49,593 bases of DNA, taken from NCBI GenBank assembly GCA_050010515.1, contig JBEKKX010000017.1, positions 1 to 49,593 on the forward strand. The letters run 5' to 3'. The notes under the pieces are model-generated. The model made no database searches. It was given only the letters and a program-made list of their open reading frames with translations, and was not told the origin of the DNA. A program made the translations under genes and the position numbers. The DNA is from Candidatus Bathyarchaeia archaeon. Its GTDB lineage: Archaea > Thermoproteota > Bathyarchaeia > Bathyarchaeales > Bathycorpusculaceae. Each line of letters begins with the position of its first letter. The first letter of the stretch is position 1. Shown here piece by piece: positions 39,468 through 49,425 of the stretch.

Positions 39468-42287
39468 ATGGTTACATTAAACCTTGACAAGATTTTCAAC
39501 CCTCAAAATGTAGCCATCATTGGAGCCAGTGAAGTCGAAGGCTCAGTTGGATATGCTATAGCAAAAAATTTTACTCAACTGGGTTACGTTGGCAAAGTTT
39601 ACTTCGTGAATATCCGAACCCCCGCGATTTTAGGAGTTAAAACATACAAAACAGTCGATCAGATTCCTGAACCTGTTGATTTAGCCATAATTGCTACGCC
39701 TGCCAAAACGGTTCCTGACGTTATGGAGGAATGTGGACGGGCACAAGTGAAAGGCGTAATTATTATTTCTGCAGGCTTCAAGGAGACAGGTCTTGAAGGA
39801 AAGGCTTTGGAAGATAAAATTCTTGACATCGCAAAGAAGCATAGTATTCGAGTTATTGGTCCAAACTGCATTGGCATAATCCGTCCCAAAATAAATCTTA
39901 ATGCCACCTTCATGGATAGGATGCCTAAACCAGGCAACATTGCTTTTCTATCTCAAAGTGGCGCTTTAGGCTCAGCAATACTTGACTGGGCAATCCACGA
40001 AAACATTGGCTTCAGCAACTTTGTTTCAGTTGGGTCAATGATTGATGTTGACTTTGGCGATTTGATTGATTATTTTGGTTCTGATCCAAAAACTAAGAGT
40101 ATACTCATGTACATAGAGGGAATAACAGAAGCCCGCAAGTTCATGAGCGCCGCAAGACACTTTGCAAGAACCAAACCCATAATCGTCGTGAAATCAGGCA
40201 AATTTGCTGAGAGCTCAAAAGCCGTTGCTTCTCATACTGGTTCATTTTCGGGAGAAGATGACGTTTATGATGCAGCATTCAAACGAGCAGGCATAATTCG
40301 GGTTGAAGAGATAGCTGATTTGTTCAATGCTGCTGAGGTTTTAGGAACCCAGCCATTACCGAAAGGGCCAAGACTTGCCGTAATAACTAATGCTGGTGGA
40401 CCTGGGGTAATGGCTACTGACGCCTTGATTGCTCAGGGCGGCAAATTGGCTAACCTGAGCGAGAAAACAATGGACACGCTTAACGGTGTTTTGCCTTCTT
40501 TCTGGAGCAAAGGCAATCCGATTGATGTTCTTGGAGATGCCGGAGCTGACCGTTATGAAGCTGCGGTTGAAGCTTGCCTAAACGATGATGCTATCGATGG
40601 AGTGCTAATTATTTTTACTCAGCAAGCATGTTCAGAACCAGCGGAGATAGCAAAAGGCATAGTTGAACTTGTTCGTGGCAAATCCTACCAGAACAAAACA
40701 ATCCTCACATCTTTCATGGGTTTTGATTCTGTGCAAGAAGCAAACAATATTTTTAACGCCAACAACATTCCAACCTACTCTACGCCTGAACAAGCAATCA
40801 AAACATACATGTACATGTACAATTACCAGCGCAATCTTGAGCTTCTTTATGAAACTCCTGAAGAGTTACCTGTTGATGCTTCACCACCCAAACGCTCTAT
40901 CATGGCTATACTGAGAAATGCCTCGCTTGAAAATCGTGAAGCATTAACCGAAAGTGAAACAACAAAAGTACTCAAATACTACAATTTTCCAGTTGTGAAA
41001 ACTGTCGTTGCCAACAATGTTGAGGAAGCAGTTACGTTAGCACAAGAAATTGGCTTCCCTGTAGTTTTAAAAATTCTTTCACCCCAAATTGTCCACAAAA
41101 GTGATGCAGGCGGAGTCATCTTAAACGTAAATTCGCCAAGCGAGGTACGTGAAGCCTTTGAAGTGTTAATTCAAAGAGCAAATGCCTACAATCCGAATGC
41201 CCAAATAAACGGCGTTATAGTCCAACCTATGATTGAGAAAAATGGTTATGAATTAATAATCGGCGGAAAAACCGATCCTGTCTTTGGACCAGTGATACTG
41301 TTCGGAATGGGCGGTGTAGGTGTGGAGCTCTTCAAGGACTATTCCATCGGGCTTCCACCGTTAAATACCACGCTTTTGCGCCGCATGATGGAGGAAACAA
41401 AGGTTTACCAGCTTCTGAAAGGATATCGTAATACGCCGCCCGTTGATCTTAAACGGCTTGAGGAAATTATACTACTTTTTTCTCAGTTTCTCATTGATTT
41501 TCCGCAGATAAAAGAAATCGGCATCAATCCGCTATTGGTGAATGAGAAAGACGCCTGCATCCTTGATGCAACAATAGTAATCGACAAAAACAAAGTTTGC
41601 AAGAAATTTGAACCTCACGCACATATGGTGATTAGTCCTTACCCCAAAAAATACGAGATGCTTTGGCCTCTTAAAAACGGTCAAGAAGTGCTACTGCGAC
41701 CTATAAAACCTGAAGACGAGCCTATGTGGCTTGAGATGTTCCAAAGCTTCTCTGAGGAAGCTATCCGCTATCGGTTTTTCCAGATACTTAAAGATACACC
41801 ACACGAAGTTCGAGTACGCTACTGCAACATTGACTACGACCGAGAAATAGCCATTATCGCAGAATTAGCTGAAAATGGACGAAGAAAAATACTTGGAGTA
41901 ACACGCCTCAGCATAGAATCAGATGGAAAAAGCGGTGAAATGGCTTTCATCGTAACTGACTACTGGCAGGGTTTAGGCTTAGGCACCAAAATGGTTGATT
42001 ACGTGCTTGATATAGCCAAGGAAAAAGGCGTTGAAAACGTCTATGCCATAATGTTACCCGATAATTACAGAGCTTTAAACCTTACAAAGAAAATGGGTTT
42101 CAACCTTGAATACTTAAGCGACGGTACAGTGAAAGGCATTTTAGACCTCAAAAATGAAGATGTGGATGTTCGATGTCGTCTCCGACCAAATATTTCGCAG
42201 AAAGTTGTAGCAGAAGAACAGCAGATTAATCAAGCTTCAGAAGAAAAAAGAGACATCCAAAAACAGCCAGAGGTCGCTCCTTCTTAA
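39468..42287 (+). CDS. ADP-forming acyl-CoA synthetase (alpha+beta) fused to C-terminal GNAT, copy 2
   Basis: VAIIGAS, GPNCIG, SQSGAL, SHTGS, HKSDAGGV, RPIKPED, WQGLGLG. Confidence 0.92.
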   Translation: MVTLNLDKIFNPQNVAIIGASEVEGSVGYAIAKNFTQLGYVGKVYFVNIRTPAILGVKTYKTVDQIPEPVDLAIIATPAKTVPDVMEECGRAQVKGVIIISAGFKETGLEGKALEDKILDIAKKHSIRVIGPNCIGIIRPKINLNATFMDRMPKPGNIAFLSQSGALGSAILDWAIHENIGFSNFVSVGSMIDVDFGDLIDYFGSDPKTKSILMYIEGITEARKFMSAARHFARTKPIIVVKSGKFAESSKAVASHTGSFSGEDDVYDAAFKRAGIIRVEEIADLFNAAEVLGTQPLPKGPRLAVITNAGGPGVMATDALIAQGGKLANLSEKTMDTLNGVLPSFWSKGNPIDVLGDAGADRYEAAVEACLNDDAIDGVLIIFTQQACSEPAEIAKGIVELVRGKSYQNKTILTSFMGFDSVQEANNIFNANNIPTYSTPEQAIKTYMYMYNYQRNLELLYETPEELPVDASPPKRSIMAILRNASLENREALTESETTKVLKYYNFPVVKTVVANNVEEAVTLAQEIGFPVVLKILSPQIVHKSDAGGVILNVNSPSEVREAFEVLIQRANAYNPNAQINGVIVQPMIEKNGYELIIGGKTDPVFGPVILFGMGGVGVELFKDYSIGLPPLNTTLLRRMMEETKVYQLLKGYRNTPPVDLKRLEEIILLFSQFLIDFPQIKEIGINPLLVNEKDACILDATIVIDKNKVCKKFEPHAHMVISPYPKKYEMLWPLKNGQEVLLRPIKPEDEPMWLEMFQSFSEEAIRYRFFQILKDTPHEVRVRYCNIDYDREIAIIAELAENGRRKILGVTRLSIESDGKSGEMAFIVTDYWQGLGLGTKMVDYVLDIAKEKGVENVYAIMLPDNYRALNLTKKMGFNLEYLSDGTVKGILDLKNEDVDVRCRLRPNISQKVVAEEQQINQASEEKRDIQKQPEVAPS

Positions 42288-42841
42288 CTGTAACCCTCGC
42301 ATAGTTTTTTCTAACATTCTCATTTGTGGAGATTAAAAAAGAAGGAAGATTTGCATCTGCTTGAGAGCTTATACGAAATGGACTTTTATGCAGTGTGTCG
42401 AGCAGGAAATGCATGGGTCATAAGCTCTGACGAGCATTTCCAAGTTTAGCTCAATTTCTTTCTCAGGTTTATCAAGAATTTTTGGTAGCAACGCTTTCAT
42501 GTCTAATTCGATGTTTCCGCGATTTTGGTTTGTGGGGATTATGCAGTTAGCTTTAGTGCAATATCCTTTGGCATTGTAAGTTTAATACCTGTATATACTG
42601 TATAGGTTGTTTACAATAAATGTGTGATAATTATGAAACTTATGAAAGTTTTTCAGCATTTCTATGTTTCAAATTACTCTTTACACGGCATTAACGGATG
42701 GCAGATTCCGCCGTTTTCTGTGATTTACTATGTTTTTCGGTAAAATTTACCTAAGTCCTTCCTTAACCCTTTTATATTAGATTTTTCCGTAGTGCCGTTG
42801 AGGAAAAATGGTTCCGCTAAAATCAAAGGAGGATTAAATGC

Positions 42842-43333
42842 TTGTCTGAGATGGACAATAGACGTTTGTTGTTAGAAAAAGTGCTCAAAGAACATAATTA
42901 TCAAGAAAGTGCTCTTCTAGAAATACTGCATCGTGCCCAAGAAATTTACGGTTATTTAGATAAGGATTTGCTTATGGATATTTCTGGGTCGCTTAACATC
43001 CCTCCGAGCCATGTTTACGGTGTAACCACTTTCTACAGCTTCTTCAAACTTAAAAAACCAGGTCAACACATAGTGACAGGTTGCTTAGGAACTGCCTGCT
43101 ATGTGAAAGATGTTGAACAAATCATGGAGGCAGTTGAAAAAGAATTCAGTGTCAAACGTGGGGGCTCGACTGCAGATGAGAAACTTTCCCTATTAATTAC
43201 ACGTTGCATCGGTGCATGCGCTATGGCACCAAACATTGTGGTTGATGACGAAGTTATAGGTAAAGCCACAAAAGAAATAGTGATAGAAAAAATAAAAAAC
43301 GTGCTGGGAGGAATTAAAGCTGAAACTAGCTGA
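42842..43333 (+). CDS. hoxE: Bidirectional hydrogenase diaphorase subunit HoxE (NuoE-like)
   Basis: VYGVTTFYSFF, CLGTACYVK, RCIGACAMAP. Confidence 0.88.
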   Translation: MSEMDNRRLLLEKVLKEHNYQESALLEILHRAQEIYGYLDKDLLMDISGSLNIPPSHVYGVTTFYSFFKLKKPGQHIVTGCLGTACYVKDVEQIMEAVEKEFSVKRGGSTADEKLSLLITRCIGACAMAPNIVVDDEVIGKATKEIVIEKIKNVLGGIKAETS

Positions 43334-44966
43334 TCTTCAAAAAATAACAGAGCAAGAACTTGATTTTCAAAAAGCTTACAAATACCGCATTAACGTTTGC
43401 TGTTCAAGCGGGTGTGTTCCCTTCGGAGCTTTCAAAGTACTGAAAGCATTCGAAGATGCCGTAAAAGAATTCGGCGTAGATAAGGAATGCAAAGTTGCGC
43501 GTACAGGCTGTATCGGCACATGTTCTGTTGGTCCAGCAGTGCTTATTGAACCGGGAGATTACCTTTACCAAGCCGTTACTCCGGAAACAGTGAGAGAAAT
43601 AGTCCGTGACCACATAGTTCTTGGTTTACCAGTTAAAGAAATGCTATACAAAAATGAGGCTTACTTCAAAAAGCAACATCGACTGGTTTTGCGGAATGCT
43701 GGAAAAATTGACCCTTCAAGAATTCAAGATTACATTTCTGCAGGCGGCTACTCTGCCCTAGCTAAATGTCTCGCAACAATGACGCCGCAAGGCGTAATAT
43801 ACGAAGTTACAACCAGCGGTCTTAGAGGTCGAGGCGGCGCAGGTTTCCCAACTGGGCAAAAATGGACTCTTGTATCAAGGGCACACAACTCTCCCAAATA
43901 CATAGTTGCCAACTTAGACGAAGGAGACCCAGGTGTCTTCGCAAACAGAACTTTAGCTGAAGCTGATCCGCACGCTATTATCGAAGGCATGCTTATTGCC
44001 GCTTATGCTGTTGGGGCAGAAAAAGGTTACATTTACATTAGGTCCGAGTATCCATTAGCCATTCAAACGTTAGTGAAAGCTATAGCTCAAGCAAAAGCAA
44101 TGTCATTGCTGGGTGATAATATTTTGGAGACTCAATTCAAGTTTGACCTTGAACTTCGGTTCGGCGCAGGCGCATTCGTAGCTGGAGAAGAAACAGCTAT
44201 TCTTGCCTCAGTTGAAGGTCGCAGAGCGATGCCTCGTCCACGTCCACCATACCCAGCAAACTCTGGTTTATGGCAGAAACCAACGCTTATACAGAACGTT
44301 GAAACCTTAGCCAACATACCGCTAATCATACAAAACGGCGGCTTATGGTTCTCAAAAATGGGCACGCCAAGATGCAGTGGAACCAAATGCTTCTCATTAA
44401 CTGGGAAAGTTAACAATCCAGGCTTAATCGAAGTGCCAATGGGAATCACGCTTAGAGAAGTAGTATTCGACATCGGCGGTGGCGTTCCTGACGGAAAAAA
44501 ATTCAAAGCTGTCCTTGTAGGCGGTCCTTCAGGCGGTTGTCTACCTGAAACATTGCTTGAGTCTCCAATCGACTATGAGTCATTAACAAAAGTTGGAGCA
44601 ATTATGGGTTCAGGCGGTATCGTAGTACTTGACGATGAATCCTGTATGGTTGATACTGCAAGGTTCTTCACTGAATTCTGTGTAGACGAATCATGCGGCA
44701 AATGTACTCCCTGCAGAGCGGGCTTAGCCCGAGTTAAAGAAATATATGACCAAATTACTACCGGGAACGGCAAAATGGAAGACATTGCCACTCTTGAGAA
44801 ATCTGGTGTTTTCATACGGGATGCGAGCCTTTGTGGTCTTGGACAAACGGCGCCAAACCCAGTTATAACTACTCTTCGATACTTCAGAGATGAATACATC
44901 AAACATATCGTTGAAAAGAAGTGTGAAGCGGGTAAATGCTTCAAGAAGGATAAGGAGGAAGAATAA
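43320..44966 (+). CDS. hoxF: Diaphorase flavoprotein HoxF (NuoF-like); probable CTG start at 43320
   Basis: In-frame N-terminal [2Fe-2S] domain (VCCSSGC..TGCIGTC) upstream of the ORF-track start; GRGGAGFPTG, DEGDPG, GEETA, ESCGKCTPCR..CGLG; GGAGGA RBS before the CTG. Confidence 0.9.
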   Translation: MKLADLQKITEQELDFQKAYKYRINVCCSSGCVPFGAFKVLKAFEDAVKEFGVDKECKVARTGCIGTCSVGPAVLIEPGDYLYQAVTPETVREIVRDHIVLGLPVKEMLYKNEAYFKKQHRLVLRNAGKIDPSRIQDYISAGGYSALAKCLATMTPQGVIYEVTTSGLRGRGGAGFPTGQKWTLVSRAHNSPKYIVANLDEGDPGVFANRTLAEADPHAIIEGMLIAAYAVGAEKGYIYIRSEYPLAIQTLVKAIAQAKAMSLLGDNILETQFKFDLELRFGAGAFVAGEETAILASVEGRRAMPRPRPPYPANSGLWQKPTLIQNVETLANIPLIIQNGGLWFSKMGTPRCSGTKCFSLTGKVNNPGLIEVPMGITLREVVFDIGGGVPDGKKFKAVLVGGPSGGCLPETLLESPIDYESLTKVGAIMGSGGIVVLDDESCMVDTARFFTEFCVDESCGKCTPCRAGLARVKEIYDQITTGNGKMEDIATLEKSGVFIRDASLCGLGQTAPNPVITTLRYFRDEYIKHIVEKKCEAGKCFKKDKEEE

Positions 44967-44968
44967 AC

Positions 44969-45676
44969 ATGATCGTTTCAAGTGTTAAACTCAAAATTGA
45001 CGGCGTTGAAGTTTCAGTTCCTGAAGGCACCACCATTCTGAAAGCTGCTAAAGATAACGGTATCATAATTCCCACATTATGCAACCTAGAAGGTTTAACT
45101 GCGTATGGCGGCTGCCGCATGTGCCTAGTTGAAATTAGTGGTTCACCAAAGCTCTTCCCTGCTTGCACAACACCCGTAGGACCAGGAATGGAAGTTACAA
45201 CCAGTTCAGACAGGCTTAAAGATCACCGCAAGATGGTTGTGCAAATGCTTCTTGCTGAGCGAACTCACATCTGCTCAGTCTGTGTAGCTAACGACCACTG
45301 TGAACTGCAAGCGTTGGCAAACCAGCTGGGCGTTGACCATGTCATGTTTGAACGAAACTGGAGCAATGATCAAATTGATTTAACTCATGACTTCTTAGTT
45401 ATTGACCGCAACAGATGCATTTTGTGTACTCGATGCATTCGTGTCTGTGATCAAATTGAAGGCGTTCACACGCTTGACCTTAAGCTACGAGGTAAAGACT
45501 CTCAGGTAATCATGGATCTTGATGAACCTTGGGCTAATTCTTGCTCATGCACTTCATGCCGCAAATGCGCAAAAGTTTGCCCAGTAGGAGCAATCTACAT
45601 TGAAGCAGAACCCATCGAACACACCAAGCGTAAAGATATTGCCGAGTTTATCTTGGAAAGGAGGAACCGCAAATGA
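44969..45676 (+). CDS. hoxU: Diaphorase Fe-S subunit HoxU (NuoG N-terminal-like)
   Basis: IPTLC..GGCRMC..AC, HICSVC..C, RCILCTRCIRVC, CTSCRKCAKVCP. Confidence 0.9.
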   Translation: MIVSSVKLKIDGVEVSVPEGTTILKAAKDNGIIIPTLCNLEGLTAYGGCRMCLVEISGSPKLFPACTTPVGPGMEVTTSSDRLKDHRKMVVQMLLAERTHICSVCVANDHCELQALANQLGVDHVMFERNWSNDQIDLTHDFLVIDRNRCILCTRCIRVCDQIEGVHTLDLKLRGKDSQVIMDLDEPWANSCSCTSCRKCAKVCPVGAIYIEAEPIEHTKRKDIAEFILERRNRK

Positions 45677-46209
45677 CCGGAAAAGTTAGAGTCGCCACCG
45701 TTTGGCTTAGCGGCTGCTCAGGCTGCCACATGTCATTCCTAGACCAAGATGAGCGACTTATTGATTTAGCCCAGAAAATACAGTTAGTTTACAGCCCAAT
45801 CGCTGACGTAAAGGAATTTCCAGAAAATGTTGACGTAACACTCATCGAAGGCGCAATAGCAAACGAAGAGCAACTGCACATGCTTCAGAAGGTAAGAGCT
45901 CGAACAAAAGTTTTGATTTCACTTGGCGATTGCGCCGTGACAGGAAACGTTACCGCATTGAGAAATTCATGGCGTCACAGTGATCAAGCAGTGCTGGAAC
46001 GAGCATACAAGGAAAAGTCTGATTTAAACGCTGCAATCCCAACCGATGTGCCTAAACTTTTGATTAAGGCTCGTCCACTTCACGAAGCTGTTAAAGTTGA
46101 CTTTTTCATTCCTGGGTGTCCGCCGTCTGCAGACCTGATTAACTATGTGTTAACTGAGTTATTGGCTGGTCGAACACCTAACATGGAGGGTAGATCAAAA
46201 TATGGTTAA
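45673..46209 (+). CDS. hoxY: Group 3d [NiFe]-hydrogenase small subunit HoxY
   Basis: VATVWLSGCSGCHMSFLD, GDCAVTGNV, PGCPP; single-cluster 178-aa form. Confidence 0.92.
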   Translation: MTGKVRVATVWLSGCSGCHMSFLDQDERLIDLAQKIQLVYSPIADVKEFPENVDVTLIEGAIANEEQLHMLQKVRARTKVLISLGDCAVTGNVTALRNSWRHSDQAVLERAYKEKSDLNAAIPTDVPKLLIKARPLHEAVKVDFFIPGCPPSADLINYVLTELLAGRTPNMEGRSKYG

Positions 46210-47647
46210 AACAGAAAAAAACGGTAAAGAAATCGTAATCAGCCCTGTTACAAGAATAGAAGGGCACGCTCAAGTAAGCATCTTCCTAAACGACGACGAT
46301 TCAGTAAAAGAAGCCCGGTTCCAAGTAGTTGACTTTAGAGGCTTTGAAAAATTCACTGAAGGACGACCATTCTACGAGATGCCAAGCATAACGTCTAGAG
46401 CCTGCGGAATCTGCCCAGTAAGCCACCTGCTAGCATCAGCTAAAGCATGCGACGCAATCGTCGGAGTTAGCCCACCACAAACCGCCATAAAGCTACGTCG
46501 TTTAATGCATATGGGCCAAATGATTCAGTCGCATGCATTAAGCTTCTATTATCTCTGCGCTCCAGACTTACTCCTAGGCATGGACTCAGACCCTGCAACA
46601 AGAAACATTTTCGGTCTAATAGAAAAACAGCCTGTACTCGCATTGCAAGGTGTTAAGCTTCGAAAATTCGGTCAAGAATTAATCGAGAAAATCGCCGGCA
46701 AAAGAATACACTCAAGCGAATGGATTCTTCCAGGAGGAGCCAAATGGCCACTAACCAAGGAAAAAGCAGATTCCCTAAAAGCTAACCTGCCTGAAGCATT
46801 AGACATCACACTAAAAACATTAGCTTTGTACAAGAAATGGTTAGAAAACTTTGATGAGGAAGTAGAAAACTTCGGAAACTTCCCAACTTACTACATGGGT
46901 TTGGTGACTCCTGACGGCGGACTTGAACATTATGACGGCAAAATCCGAATAATGGACAAGAATGGCAAGGTAGTGGCGGAATGCGTTGACCCTGCAAAGT
47001 ACAATGAATTTATCGGTGAAGCAGTTGAACCATGGTCCTTCATGAAGTTCCCATACTTCAAAGCCATCGGTTACCCAGATGGCGCCTACAGAGTCGGACC
47101 ATTAGCAAGACTTAACGTCGCTTCGCACTGCGATACACCGCTTGCAGACGAAGAACTAAAAGAATTCAAGAAGCTGGGTAAGAACGGAGTTGTTCAAAGC
47201 ACTTTCCAATATCACTACGCACGCTTGGTGGAGTTGCTGTTCTGCGTTGAAACCGCCAAGAAACTGCTTGAAGACCCAGAAATCCTCTCCGAACGCGTTA
47301 CATCCAAAGCAATGGTAAACAATTATGAAGGCGTTGGTGTGGCTGAAGCGCCAAGAGGCACATTGATTCATCACTATAAGGTTGACCCGCAAGGACTAAT
47401 TACATGGAACAACATGATCATCGCCACGGAACATAACAACCTCGCCTACAACATGGCAGTGACTCAGGTTGCCAAAAAATACGTTAAAGCAAAACAGCTC
47501 CAAGAAGGCATGCTGAACAGGGTTGAAGCAGTAATACGAGCGTTTGACCCGTGCCTGAGCTGCGCAACCCATGCTGTCGGCAACATGCCCTTAGACGTGA
47601 AACTGATCGCCGCTGACGGAAGAATAGTCGACCGTAAAGTAAGATAA
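46202..47647 (+). CDS. hoxH: Group 3d [NiFe]-hydrogenase large subunit HoxH
   Basis: TRIEGH, L1 [22 protein letters not shown]2 DPCLSCATH plus a cleavable C-terminal tail. Confidence 0.92.
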   Translation: MVKTEKNGKEIVISPVTRIEGHAQVSIFLNDDDSVKEARFQVVDFRGFEKFTEGRPFYEMPSITSRACGICPVSHLLASAKACDAIVGVSPPQTAIKLRRLMHMGQMIQSHALSFYYLCAPDLLLGMDSDPATRNIFGLIEKQPVLALQGVKLRKFGQELIEKIAGKRIHSSEWILPGGAKWPLTKEKADSLKANLPEALDITLKTLALYKKWLENFDEEVENFGNFPTYYMGLVTPDGGLEHYDGKIRIMDKNGKVVAECVDPAKYNEFIGEAVEPWSFMKFPYFKAIGYPDGAYRVGPLARLNVASHCDTPLADEELKEFKKLGKNGVVQSTFQYHYARLVELLFCVETAKKLLEDPEILSERVTSKAMVNNYEGVGVAEAPRGTLIHHYKVDPQGLITWNNMIIATEHNNLAYNMAVTQVAKKYVKAKQLQEGMLNRVEAVIRAFDPCLSCATHAVGNMPLDVKLIAADGRIVDRKVR

Positions 47648-47655
47648 GCAGCATC

Positions 47656-47705
47656 TTGTTTGCTGTTTTTTGTTTTTTTTCTCTTTTGTTCTTGTTTACT
47701 TTTTG
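47656..47705 (+). terminator. Archaeal oligo-T terminator after hoxH
   Basis: Several T4-T8 runs immediately after the stop codon. Confidence 0.6.
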
Positions 47706-47984
47706 TATTCTGTGGAGAACTTAAAGGCTCTAGCAGAGACCGGACATTTGGGTAAGTTAAGGGGACTTTAGTATTCTCCGAACGCTAAGGTACATAAGCT
47801 AAATTGGAAGACAGCCCAAAACCTCAAATTACTAACCTAAAACATTTTTATAAAAAGCAAGGAAAAACACGTAAATTACGGAAGAATCCTCTTAGCCTTG
47901 ACTGAACCTTTATTTATTTGATTTGGGAATTGTGAGTAAAATAAGCACTACGGTGCTATCGAAACCAGTCAAAGTGAAATTCAA

Positions 47985-48542
47985 ATGACTGAGACAGTAG
48001 TAACAACATCAGGCAAAGAGCCTATAAGAGCTTCCGAGTTAGACCCGAAATTTAAGTATGAACTGCTTAAAATGCACGGAAGCGAAAAAATTCTCAAGTG
48101 TTTCCAATGTGGAACATGCACTTCAGACTGTCCAGTTGCAAGATACAGCGATAGTTACCGTCCGCGAACACTAATCCACATGGCTCAACTTGGCCTTCGT
48201 GACCGTGTGCTCAAAAGCGACACATTATGGTTATGCGCAGCCTGCTTCACATGCACAGACCGCTGTCCACAAGACGTTGAAGTGGCAAGCGTAATCCGCG
48301 TATTGCGCAATTTAGCGGCAGAAAATGGCTGCGTACCTCAAGTTTTCAAAGAGCAAGTCGCAAGCCTGCTTGAATCAGGTTACGCTTACAAGATTCCTGA
48401 GTTAAGAATCAAAAAACGTGAATCGCAATGTTTACCGCCACTACCAAAAGGCAATCCGGAGAACGTGCGGAAAGCGCTCAAAGGCGTAAAATTCGTTGAC
48501 AGCATCCAAAAACCAGCTGGAGGACAACCGAATGGGCAATAA
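47985..48542 (+). CDS. hdrC: Heterodisulfide reductase subunit C, copy 2
   Basis: [27 protein letters not shown]; paralog of 36888..37403. Confidence 0.92.
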   Translation: MTETVVTTSGKEPIRASELDPKFKYELLKMHGSEKILKCFQCGTCTSDCPVARYSDSYRPRTLIHMAQLGLRDRVLKSDTLWLCAACFTCTDRCPQDVEVASVIRVLRNLAAENGCVPQVFKEQVASLLESGYAYKIPELRIKKRESQCLPPLPKGNPENVRKALKGVKFVDSIQKPAGGQPNGQ

Positions 48543-49425
48543 GTACCTCATTTTTCTTGGATGTGCTATCCCGTACCGCGTTTCAGCTTACGAGATTTCC
48601 GCGCGCAAAGTCCTCGCTAAACTCGGCGTAGAACTGGTTGAAATGCCAGAATTCAACTGTTGCGGTTTACCGTTAGATCCAGTAAGCCATGAAACCATGC
48701 TTATTTTAGCGGCAAAAAACTTGGCGTTGGCAGAACAACAGGGCTTGAATATTCTCACGCTTTGTCCAGGTTGTGCTGGTACACTCAAGAAAGTAAACAA
48801 AATACTAAAAGAAGACAAAGCATTAAAAGAGCAAATTAACTGTCATCTCAAAGAAGCAGGATTTGAATTCAAAGGAACCATCGAGGCAAAACACCTCTTG
48901 CAACTGCTTAAGGAAGATGTTGGCGTAGAAAAAATAAAAGCCTCAATCGTAAAGCCGCTTACTACGCTTAAAGTCGCTGAACACAACGGCTGCCACATCC
49001 TAAGACCCAAAGAATACATTGGCTTTGACGACCCAGAAGACCCGCAAACACTAAAAACACTTATCGAAGCCACAGGAGCTACATGCCTAGACTACATTGA
49101 TGAAACCGAGTGTTGTGGAGCACCAAGCGTCGGAGTCAGCGATAAAATTGCATTGCAACTCGCCAGAGATAAGCTAAACCACGTAAAAATGGTTGATGCT
49201 CAAGCGTTAATCACGATTTGTCCGTTTTGCCACATAATGTATGATACAAACGAGTTGCGAATAGAGAAAATGTTTAATGAAACCTATGGTATTCCAATTC
49301 TCCATTACCCACAACTACTCGGGTTAGCAATGGGCTTGACGCCAGAAGAATTAGCCTTCAACGAACTTCGAGTGAACGCATCAAAAATACTAAAACAAGT
49401 AACTGAGGGAGTAAACAAACAATGA
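48532..49425 (+). CDS. hdrB: Heterodisulfide reductase subunit B, copy 2
   Basis: Two CCG domains; close paralog of 37393..38283. Confidence 0.93.
   Translation: MGNKYLIFLGCAIPYRVSAYEISARKVLAKLGVELVEMPEFNCCGLPLDPVSHETMLILAAKNLALAEQQGLNILTLCPGCAGTLKKVNKILKEDKALKEQINCHLKEAGFEFKGTIEAKHLLQLLKEDVGVEKIKASIVKPLTTLKVAEHNGCHILRPKEYIGFDDPEDPQTLKTLIEATGATCLDYIDETECCGAPSVGVSDKIALQLARDKLNHVKMVDAQALITICPFCHIMYDTNELRIEKMFNETYGIPILHYPQLLGLAMGLTPEELAFNELRVNASKILKQVTEGVNKQ

Noticed and set aside
47714-47779. Imperfect stem ggagaa..taaag / cttta..ttctcc downstream of hoxH
   Set aside because: Short interrupted pairing that could arise by chance; no supporting signals.
29698-49073. Many antisense ORFs of 60-130 aa within the hdr/hox genes
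   Set aside because: Antisense shadows of well-supported coding genes.
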